Shown piece after piece: positions 49,126 through 62,304 of a stretch of 64,000 nt of DNA; within the stretch, counting starts at the first letter, position 1, and the number at the start of each line of letters is the position of its first letter. Source of the DNA: Heptranchias perlo. Lineage: Eukaryota. Under the pieces are notes generated by a model, which was given only the letters and a program-made list of their open reading frames with translations, searched no databases and was not told where the DNA came from. Location: assembly GCF_035084215.1 (NCBI RefSeq), contig NW_027139548.1, forward strand, positions 7,936,001 through 8,000,000, in the 5' to 3' direction. Position numbers and translations under genes: made by a program.

Positions 49126-51296
49126 ACCATGAAGGCCGAATATGCATGACTGAACAGTTCATCTCTTCCCCTCCACCTTCCACCTTTCCCCTGCCGCCAT
49201 GTGATCTCCTGGGAGAGATAGAACGAATTGACAGAATGGCCGATAAGGGAAAAAAGTGCTCCTGATCTCCGACCCACTCAAGCGATTGAAACCAGTCCAT
49301 GAGATCATATTGGCCAAGTGTTATCTACAAAGATACTTTCCTTCTGTATGATTCGATGTCTGCTCCGAACATGAACCGGTCCAACTCCCTGTTGAAGGAA
49401 TATCTCAGCTCATGATTTTTTCTGAACAAAAGAAAGTTTACCATTTGAAGATTGGAACATGGGTTTTACCTTTTCAAAGCTACCCTCCTTGTCGTTCAAT
49501 TATTCATAGAAGTGGCATCTGTCAGCAAATAACGAGGGTTTCCATGGGGAAGATGTAGGTCTTTATCGCCCGGGCGTTAAGCATCTTATGGATGGAGCGC
49601 AGAGAGAGAGAGATCTGGCAGGAGAATCCCCCTTGCTTTTTTCTGCTGCAGTGGAAATAGTCCTAGAATCTAATCATAACTATGGCTTTCCATCTCTGGA
49701 TCAATCCTGATCAATATGCGCCACATACTCTTTGATGTCCTTTCAATAATGGAGCGCCCAAACATTCCACAGAGCCCTAACAGTGGCCTGAACTATATTT
49801 TGTAGAAATTAATCATTCCCTCTTTACTCTTGTACTATATGCTCCTATTTATATGAAAAGGTGTCATTTGTACAGCTTTATCGACCTGCTCTGGCATTCA
49901 CAGGGAATAATGGAGCAGGAGTTCATTTTTACTGATTGGGCATTATACATCGCTTGGACGGAATGCATAGAGTAACAACTCGGGGTAGATTTCGACACCT
50001 CTTCTACAAAGAGCAGATTTTCCTTCCATTCATTCAGTGGAAGGAAATTCAGACGGCAGCGTATGATCCTGCCCACCAGGTTTTCCTCTTTGTGGTAGAC
50101 CCAGTGGATGTTTAATCCCCTGATTTAAAAAGATTCCTCTTACTGCTGATCGACATTGGTCAGGATTTCCATTGAGCATATACTCCGACCGTGTTTTCTC
50201 TCTCCCCCACATATTGAACGTTTATTTATTAACAAAGTTGAATCAATTGGTCGACCCGAAGAACTGCGCAACACCAAATCAGTGGACAGTGAAACAAAGG
50301 CACTGTTTGGAGGAATGTGGCTTCATTCACCAAGTGATTAAGATATTTGGAGGCGAGAGTATTTTGTACGTCTCATTATTTACTCCTCATAGAACTCACG
50401 CACTACAACAATCAAACGACAACTGGGCAAATGTCAGCCTTTACTTCGTGCTGACAGATAACGTGGGACAGGGATAACAAGTTTGAATTACACCAGTGGC
50501 TTTTGCATATAATGACCGAACAGTTCCTTGAGACTTAAGAGAATTGTTTAATTTTGCACCATAAATGTTAGCGTGTGACTTACGCCATTATTTTCGCCGC
50601 AGCATAATTTCCTGGATCTTTTATGGCGCTCTGCCAATACCTGCGTCAAGACTGTGCAAGATTGATCATCACAGCCCGCTCTCAGTTAAATCATCAATAC
50701 ACTTCTTCATCATCGTGTGCTTGGTTTAGTTTATATTGTTGCAACCTGTAGGGAACTGAAGTGTCTGCACCATTAATGAAAGTGAGAGTGCGGCTGAAAA
50801 TATTTGATTTTCATTTTTGTGTCTGAAATAATTGACGTGCTCGCAGCAAGCGCCAGAAGCCCAAGGCCCCAGGCTCGTTTAAAATGATGTCTTGGGCCTG
50901 ATCTGAACAATTCTGGTGAGGTATAGGCGCCTGGGGGGTCTCCCGAAGGAGCCTGCTGGTAAGTCCAGGGATGTACTGCAGCTGAAAGGGAAGGGGAGAG
51001 CAGAAAGGCCGCGGAGTAGGAAGTAGCACCGCTGCTCCTCATGGCTCCACATTAAGGTAAATTAAAAAGGAAAAAAAATCTTACATTTATGTTCGTGGCC
51101 TCCACCAGTTTACTTTGTCTCGCCTACAATTAATAATAATTATCTATCACAGTAAAAAGTTTATTTGGTGATGGTTCGGAATCAATCTTTCTCAAATTCT
51201 GCTGGCAAGGTTCTTTTCTGAAAAGAACTCGCATAAAGAGACGGGGGAATAAGAATGTTTGGAAGAATGAAAAGCCTTGTTTTATTTTCTTACCAG

Positions 51297-51972
51297 GAAA
51301 GGAGCCTGATCCGAATCATTTGCCCACAACTCCTGCAAGAAGAGAAAAGAACATACTTATCAACACGACAATCACAAATTCAATTCTGAAGTTTCCAAGC
51401 TAGCATCAGGAGACACGTCGGTGGATTTTGTAAAGTCAGCTCTCTGATCCCCTCATGTGATGGACTAAATCGGCAGGCGGAACGCTAAGTGCAAGCAATG
51501 GCCATAAGGTACTTCCAGCAGCATCAGCTCGACCGTATCAAGGGCGAGTGAACAGACATCGAATCAAAGGTTATGATACAATGACGAATGTAGGGGACAA
51601 CCAATAACATGCACTCTACAGTCAACACTGCTGAAGACACCAATAGAAACCCGGAACAAACAGCCATTAGAAGCGATGGAAACTTCAATTCTTTGAGAAA
51701 GCTGTTGAATCGTCTATGTTGTAAATATCAGAATGTGACTTTAAAAGAAAAGCGGACATCTGTAAGAGTGGAATCCGTCACGGGCCTCTTCACTCTCACC
51801 AATCCTACAGCTGCTGGATCAAACTATGCAAATTATGACCATCCGCGAGCAGCGATCAGCCCAGGGGCAGCCTTAGCAAATACACCGGATGGAATGAGTT
51901 TGAAATGTACCACCCCTGAGGATGTCAATCACGATCAAACCGAGACAACAACGGAAGGAAAGAGAAACACAG
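51297..51972 (+). other. Candidate first coding exon of the + strand NLR (ORF from 51609)
   Basis: ttttcttaccAG acceptor. The non-repetitive ORF MHSTVN...ETTTEGKRNT ends G|GTACAT (phase 1), compatible with the downstream phase-1 exons. No recognisable domain. Confidence 0.3.
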
Positions 51973-52844
51973 GTACATGTTGAGACACTTATTATAATTC
52001 ATAATATCGAACACCGGGGACGATATAATAAGAGTGAATGGCCGTCCAAACCATTTATGTTAAGAATATACCACCATACAACAAACGCTTTTTGTGGCAG
52101 TGGTAATTTTATCCTTTCTGGTGTCAAAATTCTTATGGCAGTTAAATATTCCCCCCAGCGATTTTGATACTCATCCCTCTGGGTCTGAAATTGGTCTTGA
52201 CCAGTAGCCTGAAATGGGCGATAGCGTATTGGCCGCCCATTTTACAGGCTGTCCGATCTTCTTCATTATTGACTTCAATGGAAAAGGAAACCGAGCAGCG
52301 CATCAACCAGGCCGCCAATTCGCTCTCGCACGTTTTCTGCTACCATCCAAGAACAATTCAAACCCCCTATTCCTTCATCCAAGTCATTAATATATGTGGT
52401 GAGATGCTAACGGCCCAGTACAGATCCCTGGGGAACACCTCTTGTCACATCTGGCCAATCAGGTTTCGCCCCACTCTATGACTCCTCCCTCCCAATTCAT
52501 CACCAACCTATTGTCACAAAGTTGCCTCGAATTCCGAGCACTTTCACTTTTGCTTCTCATATTTTGTGCAGAACCTTATAAAATGCATTCGGGAAGTCCA
52601 TATAGACAAGGACCAGAGACATTCCTTAGTCCACCATGCTGGTCATCTCCTCACAAAATTTAACTGGATTAATCAGTCATGACCCACCCTTCACCAATTG
52701 TTGTGACTCTCTTTGATCAGCTCATATTGTTCAAGTGCTCAGCCAGTCTGTCATTGACTTAGGTTCGAGTAATTTCTCACAACTGATGTTAAACTGACGG
52801 GTCAGTAGTTTCCTGGTTTCTCCCCTCCTCCCTTCTTAAATACC

Positions 52845-55385
52845 GTAAGACCATAAGAGATAGGAGCAGGAGTAGGCCATTCGGCTCCTCGAGCCTGCTC
52901 CGCTTTTTATGAGAACATGGCTGATCTGATTTTTCCCTCCACTCCACTTTCTCGCCCTTTCCCCATAGTCTTTGATTCCCTTCCTGATCAAAGATTTGCC
53001 TAACTCAGCCTTGAATGTATTCAATGATTCAGCCTCCACAGCTTTTTGGGGTAAAGCATTCCAAAGATTCACGACCCTCTGGGAGAAGAAATTCCTACTC
53101 ATTTCCGTCTTAAACGGGCGAATCCTTATTCTGAGACTACGCCCCCTAGTTTTAGATTCCCCCATGAGGGGTAACATCCTCTCAGCATCTACCCTATCGA
53201 GTCCCATGAGAATCTTTTATGTTTCAATAATATTTGCTCCCATTCTTCTAAACTCCAATGAGTATAGACCAAACCTATTCAATCTTTCCTCATAAGACAA
53301 CCCTTCCATACCAGAATCAACCCAGTGAACATTCTCTGAACTGCCTCCAATGCAAGCATGTCCTTCCTTAAATAAGGCACCAGAACTGTACGCAGTACTC
53401 CAGGTGTGGTCTCACCAGCACCCTGTACAGTTGCAGCATGATTTCCCTGCTTTTATACTCCATCCCCCTAGAAATTAAGTCAATATTCCGTTTGCCTTCC
53501 GGATTACCTGCTGCCCCTGTATGTTGACTTTTTGTGTTTCATATACGTGGACAACCAGATCCCTCTGTACTCAATGTTTTTCAGTATTTCTCCATTCAAA
53601 TAATATTTTACTTCTTTATTTTCCTCCCAAAGTGGATGATTTCACATTTCCCCACATTATATTCCATCTGCCAAATTTTTGCTCATTCCCTTAACCTGTC
53701 AAAATCCCTTTGCCGACACTTTGTGTCCTCATCGCAACTTGCTTTTCCACCTATCTTTGTATCATCAGCAAATTTGGCCACAAGACACTCTGTTCCATCA
53801 TCCACGTCATTGATATATATTGTAAATAGTTGAGGCCCCAGCACTGATCCCTGTGGCACCCCACTAGTTACAGATTGCCATTTTGAAAATGACCCTTTTT
53901 TCCTGACTCTTTGTTTTCTGTTCGTTAGCCAATCCTCTATCCGTGCCAGTATATTACCCCCAACACCATGAGCTCTTATCTTGTGCAGTAATCTTTTATG
54001 TGGCATCTTATCGAATGCTGTTGGAAATCCAAATATACTGCATCCATTGGTTCCCCTTTATCCACCCTACCCGTTACTTCCTCAAAGAACTCTAATAAAT
54101 GTGTCAGACATGATTTACCCTTCATAAAACCATGTTGACTCTCCTTGATTTAATTATGAGTCTGCAAATGTCCTGCTACTACTTCCTTAATAATGGATTC
54201 TAGCATTTTCCCAATGACAGATGTTAGATGGTCTATAGTTAACTGCTTTCTGTCTCACTCCGTTCTTGAATAGGGTTGTTATGTTTGCGGTTTTCCAATC
54301 CGCTAGGACCTTTCCAGAATCGAGTGAATTCTGGAATATTACAACCAATGCATCCACTATCTCTGTAGTCACTTCCTTCAAGACCCTCGGATTCAAGCCA
54401 TCAGGTCCAGGGGACTTGTCAGCCTTTAAACCCATTAGTTTACCTAGTACTTTTTCTCTAGTGATAATGATTGTTTTTAGTTCCTCCCTCCACTTTGTCC
54501 CTTGATTTTCTACTGTTATTGGTATGTTATTAGTGTCTTCTACTGTGAAGACAGATACAAAATATCTGTTCAATTCCTCTGCCATTTCCATGTTTTCCAT
54601 TATTATTTCCCCAGTCTCATCCTCTAAGGGACCAATGTTTACTTTAGCTACCCTCTTCCTTTTTATATGCTTAGAGAAGCTTTCACTGTCAGTTTTTTTA
54701 TATTTCTTGCTAGTTTACTCTCATAATTTAATTTCTCCCTCTTTATTGTTCTTTTAGTCATCCTTTACTGGTTTTTAAAGTTTTCCCAATCTTCGGGCTT
54801 ACCAGTAATCTTTGCCATGTCGTTTGCTTTTTCTTTTAACCGATACCATCCTTGACTTCCTTAGTTAGCCATGGTTGGTTCAACCTTTTTGTGGAGTCTT
54901 TCCTCCTCACAGGGATATATTTTTATTGCGAGTCATAAAATATATTTTCAAATGTTTGCCACTGCTTAACCACCATCATACCATCTAATCTGTTTACCCA
55001 GTCCACATTAGCCAATTCCACCCTCATTCCTTTATAATTGCCCTTATTTAAGTTTAATACAGTAGTTTCAGAACCAGGATCCTCGCTTTCAAGCTCGATG
55101 TGAAATTTTATCATGTTATGATCACTGCTTCCCAAAGGATCCTTTACTTTGAGATCATTAATTTATCCCCTTTCGTTACCCATTGCCAGATCCAAAATGG
55201 CCTGTTCCCTGGTTGATTCCCCAAACGTATTGGTCTAAGAAACAGTCCCTAATACACTCTATGAACTCCTCCTCAGGGCTATTTTGGCAATTTGATTCGT
55301 CCAATCTATGTGAAAGTTATAATCGCCCATGATTATTGCATTAACTTTTTTTACAAGCCCCCCTTATTTCCTGATTTATATTTTG
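52845..55385 (-). mobile_element. CR1 LINE, 5'-truncated, decayed
   Basis: Broken ORFs with GSSDHN, DKSPGPD, GVPQGSVLGP, KFADD and FFSQRVVNLWN. Tail near 52845. Confidence 0.9.
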
Positions 55386-56075
55386 CACTACAGCTACTGT
55401 TAGGAGGTGGATATATTACTCTTACATAAAATTTCAAATATCGCCCCATTAAATAATAGGGCGACATTTGAAATTGTCTAATCCAAAGGCATAATTTCTG
55501 AATCCAGACACATTTGGATAATAAGACTAATGTATCTACAGTTTCCTCACCTGTTTCTTTAATACATTGGGACGGAAACCATCACTTCCTGGAGATTTGT
55601 TTTCTCCATTATTTTCTCCATTGCCAATTCTAATTATAATAATTCCACTAAGTTCCTCCGCTTGACTTTTTTTAGTGTCATTTGTACAGCTGGTCCTCTT
55701 CCTCTATTCTGAAAACAGATAGAAGGTATTCATTTAAAGTCAGTCATTTCCTTATTGTTCATTCTAGTCTCGCCTGCATCCGTCCTTCAGGGCCTATATT
55801 CCCATTTAAAACTTTCTTTTTATTAATATATTTATAAAAACGTTTGCTGTTAGCTTCGGTGTCCCTTGCTAGTTTTTGCATCTTCCTATTTTGCACCACT
55901 TATTAGTTTCTTTGTATACCTTTGTTGCTCTTTATAGCTTTCCCAGTCGGGCTCGATTTACACTTTACCTTGCATTTAATTAAGCCATTTCCTTTAGTTT
56001 GATACTGTCTGTCATCTCATTTGTTGACCATGGTAGCTTAACTACTCAAGTCGGGGATTTGCCTTTTCGGGGTAG

Positions 56076-56988
56076 GAACATAGGAACATAGGAACAAGAG
56101 TACACCATTCAGCCCCTCGAGCCTGCTCCGCCATTTGATAAGATCATGGCTGATCTGTGATCTAACTCCATATACCTGCCTTGGGCCCATATCCCTTAAT
56201 AGCTTTGGTTGCCAAAAAGCTATCTATCTCAGATTTAAATTTATCAATTGAGCTAGTATCAATTGCCGTTTGCGGAAGAGAGTTCCAAACTTCTACCACC
56301 CTTTGTGTGTAGAAATGTTTTCTAATCTCGCTCCTGGAAGTTCTGGCGCTACTTATTAGACTGTGCCCCCAACTCCAGGAATCCCCAACCAGCGGAAATA
56401 GTTTCCCTCTATCCACCCTATCGGTTCCCCTTAATATCTTATAAACTTCGATCAGATCACTCCTTAACCTTCGAAACTACAGAGAATACAACCCCAATGT
56501 GTGTAATCTCTCCTCGTAACTTAACCCTTGAAGTCCGGGTATCATTCTAGTAAATCTTCGCTGCACTCCCTCCAAGGCCAATATGTCCTTCCGAAGGTGC
56601 GGTGCCCAGAACTGCTCACAGTACTCCAGGTGCGGTCTAACCAGGGTTTTGTAAAGCTGCAGCATAACTTCTGCCCCCTTGTACACTAGTCCTCTCGAGA
56701 TAAAGGCCAGCATTCCATTAGACTTATTGATTATTTTCTGCACCTGCTCATGACACTTCAATGATCTATGTGTCTGTACCCCTAAGTCCCTTTGGACATC
56801 CACAGTTTTTAACTTTTGACCATTTAGAAAGTACCCTGTTCTATCCTTTTTTGATCCAAAGTGGATGACCTCACATTTGTCGACATTGAATTCCATTTGC
56901 CACAGTTTTGCCCATTCACCTAGTCTATCAATATCGCTTTGTAATTTTATGTTTTCATCTACACTGCTTACATTGCCACCAGTCTTTA
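56076..56988 (-). mobile_element. CR1 3' portion
   Basis: ORFs 56477-56896 and 56162-56416. (gttcctat)n tail. Same family as 5466-5886. Confidence 0.9.
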
Positions 56989-57814
56989 TGTACTGGTTTT
57001 GTTACATGCCAAATCCTTCTTTGAATATTACTCACTGTTTGTCTATACATTTGCCCATTAATTGTTCAGTCCAGTTTACTGTGGTCAATTCATTTCTTAC
57101 GCCTTCAATTTTTCCTTACTTCAGTTTAAAACCTTAGCTTTAAACTCTCTCTTCCTTCTCTCATACCTAATAGCAAATTCCATCACATTATGGTCACCAT
57201 TTGCAAGATGTTCCCTTAGCCTAAGATCGTTAACTAATCCCCGTCCCTTACTCATCACTAAATCTAATATGGCCTTTTACCTTATCGGTTCCAAAACATA
57301 TTGGGTTGGATCTTGCTGCCAATAGCGCCGGTCGTTAGACTTGAACTTGTCCACAGACTTTCTATGAGCTTGTGCACGGCAAGTCACTCTGAGTTCGAGA
57401 TCTATTCAGTGTGGACATCTGGGACCTGTGTGAACTGGCCAAGTAACTGTGTGTCTCCTTAATCAATCAGATTGAAGAATCGATAATGAGTCGTGTAGAG
57501 GTTGTACCAGGAAGTGTAAGTTAGAATAGTGAATTTAATTTTAAATCAGGTAAATTAAGCGAAATAAAGAGAGGGAAAGAAATATTGGATTATTAGACAG
57601 AAGCAAAAGAGAGAGTAAAAAAAGAAGTAATGATTTTTTAAAATGTCTAACAATAATTAAATCCTGAAGGAATGAAACGCCACACTTGTAAAAGCTAATT
57701 TTCAGTGCCATTGCGGTTCTTTGACAGTAATTGAGACTTACCACGCTGTTTAAAATGTACTTACACTGGAATGGAAAAACCATAACACTTTTGGCGAGCT
57801 TATTCAGGTGCAGC

Positions 57815-58442
57815 AAGCAGTTAGCAAGAGGATTTGAGTACAGGAGCAGGGATATCTCACTGCAGTTATACAGGTGACACCACATCTGGAATATTTTGTG
57901 CAGTTTTGGTCTCCTTATCTGAGGAAGGATTTCCTTGCCATGGAGGGAGTGCAACGAAGGTTTACCACACTGATTCCTGGGATGGCAGGACTGACGTATG
58001 AGGAGAGATTGGGTCGACTAGGCCTATATTCATTAGAGTTTAGAAGAATGAGAGGTGATCTCATCGAAACATATAAAATTCTAACAGGACTAGACAGACT
58101 ATATGCAGGGAGGATGTTCCCGATGGCTGGGGAGTCCAGAACCAAGGCTCACAGTCTCAGGATACGGGGTATGCCATTTAGAATCGAGGTAAGGAGATAT
58201 TCTTCACTCCGAGGGTGGTGAACCTGTGGAATTCTCTACCACAGAAGGCAGTGGAGGCCATTCATTAGATGTATTCAAGAAGGAGATAGGTATATTTCTT
58301 AATGCTAAAGGGATCAAGCGATATTGGGAAAAAGCGGGAACAGGGTACTGAGTTAGACGATCAGCCATGATCATTTTGAATGGCGGAGCAGGCCCGAAGG
58401 GCCGAATGGCCTACTCTTGCTCCTATTTCCTATGTTTCTATG
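57815..58442 (+). mobile_element. CR1 3' fragment
   Basis: PHLEYFVQFWSPYLRKD...RGDLIETYKIL and a tcctatgtttctatg tail. Confidence 0.85.
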
Positions 58443-59325
58443 TGTTTACTCGGTATCGATGAGGTAAGTACAGGAACTTCACGCAGTTCAATTCATTTGA
58501 ATGGGAAGCCAGCCGGCGAGATGGCGTTTCCGTGCAGCTTCTGGAGCAGCCGAGTATCTCGGGCAGCAACTTCCTGATTTCCACGTTTAATTGCGCATGT
58601 GTGGTCGCCCGTGAGCGCTGTCAGCCTTACCGTTATTTTTACAGCAAAATAAGGCCGTAGATCCTAGAGAACTGTCCCCAATGCAGTTTAGAAACTCGCT
58701 GCCTTTACCACATGAGCTCGTCTGAGTTTCGCAGACTATGTGAAAATCAAAGTCCCTGATTATAACAAAATTGTTTTAGTTATATGCTTTTCTGATCTCC
58801 ATACGTGACACAGAAACTTTAACTGAAGTATATCAATTTGGACGATTGTTCAAAAGTGTGTTTTAATTTGATCTAATCTGAGTTTACGGAAGCGGCCTGT
58901 GTTTACATCTTTCAATAACTGGTTGAATACATAAAGCTGACAATTGACCATAGGAGTTCCTGATTTTGCCAGATACAAAGGGCAAACAAATAACAATGCA
59001 GAATTTATATAATTTGGTAATATGTACTCCAATATTTAATCTGCCACAGCCCCCTCCAGTGCTGCTATCCGTATTCAAACATGCCCATCCATTGTATACA
59101 TCGGAATAAAAGAAATAAACACAGATGAAGGTTTTCAATTTATAGTTTAGGCTTATTTTTAAATAGGATTGTTTTCAAAACATTTATTTACCATGTCGGT
59201 TGCTTCAAGTGTACATTGTGTCTTTCTAGGAATATCACTTTTGAAATAAATGTGACTGAAAGAATTGGAGAACAGACTCCATCATTGTGAAACAGTTAAT
59301 GAAAGACAAAATATATTTCTATTAG

Positions 59326-59391
59326 GTGCCAAGCAGTCATTGCAAGCAGTCCAGAGTACAGTCGCCCGAGAACGGCTGGATCATCCAAAGA
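59326..59391 (+). CDS. Small phase-1/1 linker exon of the NLRC3-like gene
   Basis: ttctattAG|GTGCC...CCAAAGA|GTAAGC. 66 nt, open: GAKQSLQAVQSTVARERLDHPK. Confidence 0.5.
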
Positions 59392-59775
59392 GTAAGCAAC
59401 ATTTTAAAGCGTTATCATAACAATTTTCCAATTCGTAACGTTTAAAGCTCTGTTCCAATGTAAGAAATTTAGAAGTGTCCTCAAAATTAAAAAAGAGAGA
59501 AATTATAGCATCCAACTTGATTCAATTCTGCAAGCTGAAAAGTAGATTGCACAGAACATATAAACATCAGCAGAAATTGCGAAGGAGACATTTTAACAAT
59601 CTGTCAGGAAGATAATTTAGATATTGTGCAATGTTTTATTGCTATTTAATTCTAATTTCTTAAATGTCAGCTATTAAAGTTTTCAAAGAAGTAAAATCAA
59701 ACGTAAATATCGATGCAGGGCGGGCGAACCGATTCCAACAGTGATTGTAACCTTGTCTTTTAGTTCCACCTTTAG

Positions 59776-60847
59776 ACGTTGAACAGCGGCATAAAGAAGC
59801 GTCACGCACTCAGAATGAACACCTGGGAACTAATTCCACTTTTAAAAATGACAACAGTTTGCAGGGGTTTTCTGACCTCCAGAAAAAGGAATATTTTATG
59901 AAATACTTTGGAAATGAAAGAAATGCGGCCGCAGCTTTCAGGCACGTGGAGCAGAATGATGTCCTGTACAGCCTTTGTGGAAATCCCTCCTACTGTGAAA
60001 TCGTGTGTGCATCTTTGGCACCATTCTTTAAACACAAAGGTGGACGTGAGGGAAAACTTCCGGTGACCATCACCCACCTACTTTCCAGTTACCTTTACAA
60101 CGCGTTAAAAACTAATTCCAGTCAAATCAAAGACCCGCGTCAGTTACTGCTGAAAGTCGGTGAATTGGCACACGAGGGGATCTGTAAGGAGACCCCCCTG
60201 TTCGATGATTGTGTCTGTCGCCAGAAATTGCACCAATCAGAATTGGAGTCCCCGTTTCTGGCGGTGATTATGGAGCAGGATCATTGTGCTACCCACATTA
60301 CACACAAATTCCGTCATCCACCAGTTCAAGAGTTTCTCGCCGCAGTTGGACAGTTTCTGACTACAGACGCCGAAGCTCTCATCAAACTCCTAGAAAAACA
60401 CTACAGCAAGACAGAAGGCCAGTCTGTGACATTTCTCCGCTTTCTTTTCGGTCTTTGCTCACCCATTTCATCTCATTTGCTGGAGGCATTCTCAGGTCTG
60501 TTTCCGGCTGAAACCACTTGCCGATTAATTGGGTTCCTTGAATCGAGGATCAAATTAGACATTCAAAATATGTACAATGAAAAGAGCAAAATAGACCTCC
60601 TGAACACTTTAAACTACCTGTATGAATCTCAGAATGAAGAACTAACCCGGACTGTGGTCGGCTCTGTAAAAACACTTGCATTCGGAGGCTGGAACCCTCT
60701 AAAGTTGACCCCCATGGATTGTACTATGCTCACGATCGGATTGGAATTATGCGACACAGTGGGAGACCTCAATCTCAACAGGTGTTATATTGAGGACGGA
60801 GGATTGCGTCGCTTAATACCTGGGCTTCATAAGTGTAAAGTTCTGAG
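59776..60847 (+). CDS. NLRC3-like NACHT-associated exon lacking the P-loop NBD (HD1, winged helix, HD2, first LRR)
   Basis: ccacctttAG|AC GTT. A stop-free frame runs VEQRHKE...QGFSDLQKKEYFMKYF, LCGNPSYC (HD1), FRHPPVQEFLAA (WH), FLRFLFGL, LLNTLNYLYESQN and LNLNRCYIEDGGLRRL, ending KVLR|GTATT. No Walker A or B motif. Confidence 0.85.
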
Positions 60848-61184
60848 GTATTTTCACCTGCTGTTAAGTAAGATATCCAGCTATAACTTTAATATGTTAG
60901 ACGTCACACCTTGTTGCAGATATTAAGAGAGTTGTCAGAGCATGAAATACTTTGCCATAGGGTGTAGTTGGGACAGAAAGCTTTGCATCTGTGAAACGAA
61001 TCTGGCTAAATTCTTGAAGTAGATGAAAACACAGGCCTGTAGAAGGGAGAACAGGATCGTAGAATTATCTAGAATGTACAGCACAGAAACAGACCATTCG
61101 ACCGAACAGGTATATGCCGGTGTTCATGCTCCACACGAGCCTCCTCCTATCCTTCTTCATCTAATTTGATTCAGGTCAGAGCAT

Positions 61185-62287
61185 GTGCCGTCAGAGGACA
61201 GATAGCAGAATGGATAGCAAGTTGACTACAAAACAGAAAGCAGAGAGTAGGGGTTAAGGATAGCTACACAGACCGGCTGACGGTGAGAAGTGCTGTACCA
61301 CAGGGATTGGTGATGGGACCACTGTTGTTCACCAATTACATAAACAATTTAGATTCGTGAATCCAAAGCACAATTTCAAAATTTGCAGACGACACCAAAT
61401 TGCGGGGTATAGTTAATACAAAGGAAGAATGCGTCAAAATGCAAGAAACATTACAAACTTGCAGAATGGGCGTCTAATTGGCAAATGAATTTCAATATAG
61501 ATAAATGTGAGGTGATCATTTCGGTAGGAAGAATAAGAAGGCCACTTACTGCTTGGATAATAAGAGTCTAAATGGGATAGGTGAGCAAATGGATCTAGGC
61601 GGATAGATACAGAAATCACTAAAAGTAGCGATGTAGGTTAATATGGCCGTAAAAAGGCAAATCAAACACTCGGGTTCATTTCTAGAGGGATATAATTGAA
61701 AAGCAGAAATGTTATATTAAATTTGTATAGAACCTTGGTTAACCCACACTTGCAGTACTGTGCACGGTTCTGGTCTCCATATTTTAGAAGGGACAGAGAA
61801 GCATTGAAGAGGGTGCAAAAAAGAATCACAAAGGTGATACCAGAACTGAGAGGACATAATTATCAGGAAAGGCTGAACAGGCTGGGGCTCTTTTCTCTAG
61901 AAAAGAGATGGCTGAGGGGTGACGTGATAGAGGTCTTTAAGATAATAAAAGGGTTTGATCGGGTAGACGTAGAGAAAATGATTCCAATTATGGGGAGTCC
62001 ACAGCCAGAGGTCATAAATATAAAATAGTCGGTAATAAATCCAATGGAGAATTCAGGAGAAACTTCTTTACCCAAATAGTGGTGAGAATGTGGAACGAGC
62101 TACCACAAGGAATAGAGGTGACTAGCATCTGTACATTTAAAGGGATCTAGATCAACACATGAGGGAGAAAGGAATAAAAGGGAATGCTGATAGGGGTAGA
62201 TGAAGTAGGGAAGGGCGAGGCTCGTGATAAGCATAGATGCCGGCATAGTTGGGCCGAATGGCTTGTTCTCGTGCTGTAGATTCTATG
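61185..62287 (+). mobile_element. CR1 3' portion, decayed
   Basis: KFADDTK remnant and ORF LVNPHLQYCARFWSPY...RGDVIEVFK. Confidence 0.85.
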
Positions 62288-62304
62288 TAACTCGATGTAC
62301 CCCA

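Larger units (their letters stand above)
52350..57305 (-). mobile_element. Old CR1 host element split by two nested CR1 insertions (host pieces ~52350-52836, ~55480-56075, ~56990-57305)
   Basis: Collinear RT-to-APE remnants resume on either side of each insertion. Confidence 0.65.

Noticed and set aside
49300-50480. Unique exon-like sequence with short ORFs
   Set aside because: No motif or consistent splice frame was recognised, so it is left unannotated.
58814-59016. Possible CARD-like exon of the + strand NLR (cacAG...TTG|GTAAT)
   Set aside because: The position fits, but it contains stops and no recognisable death-fold motif, so it cannot be supported.
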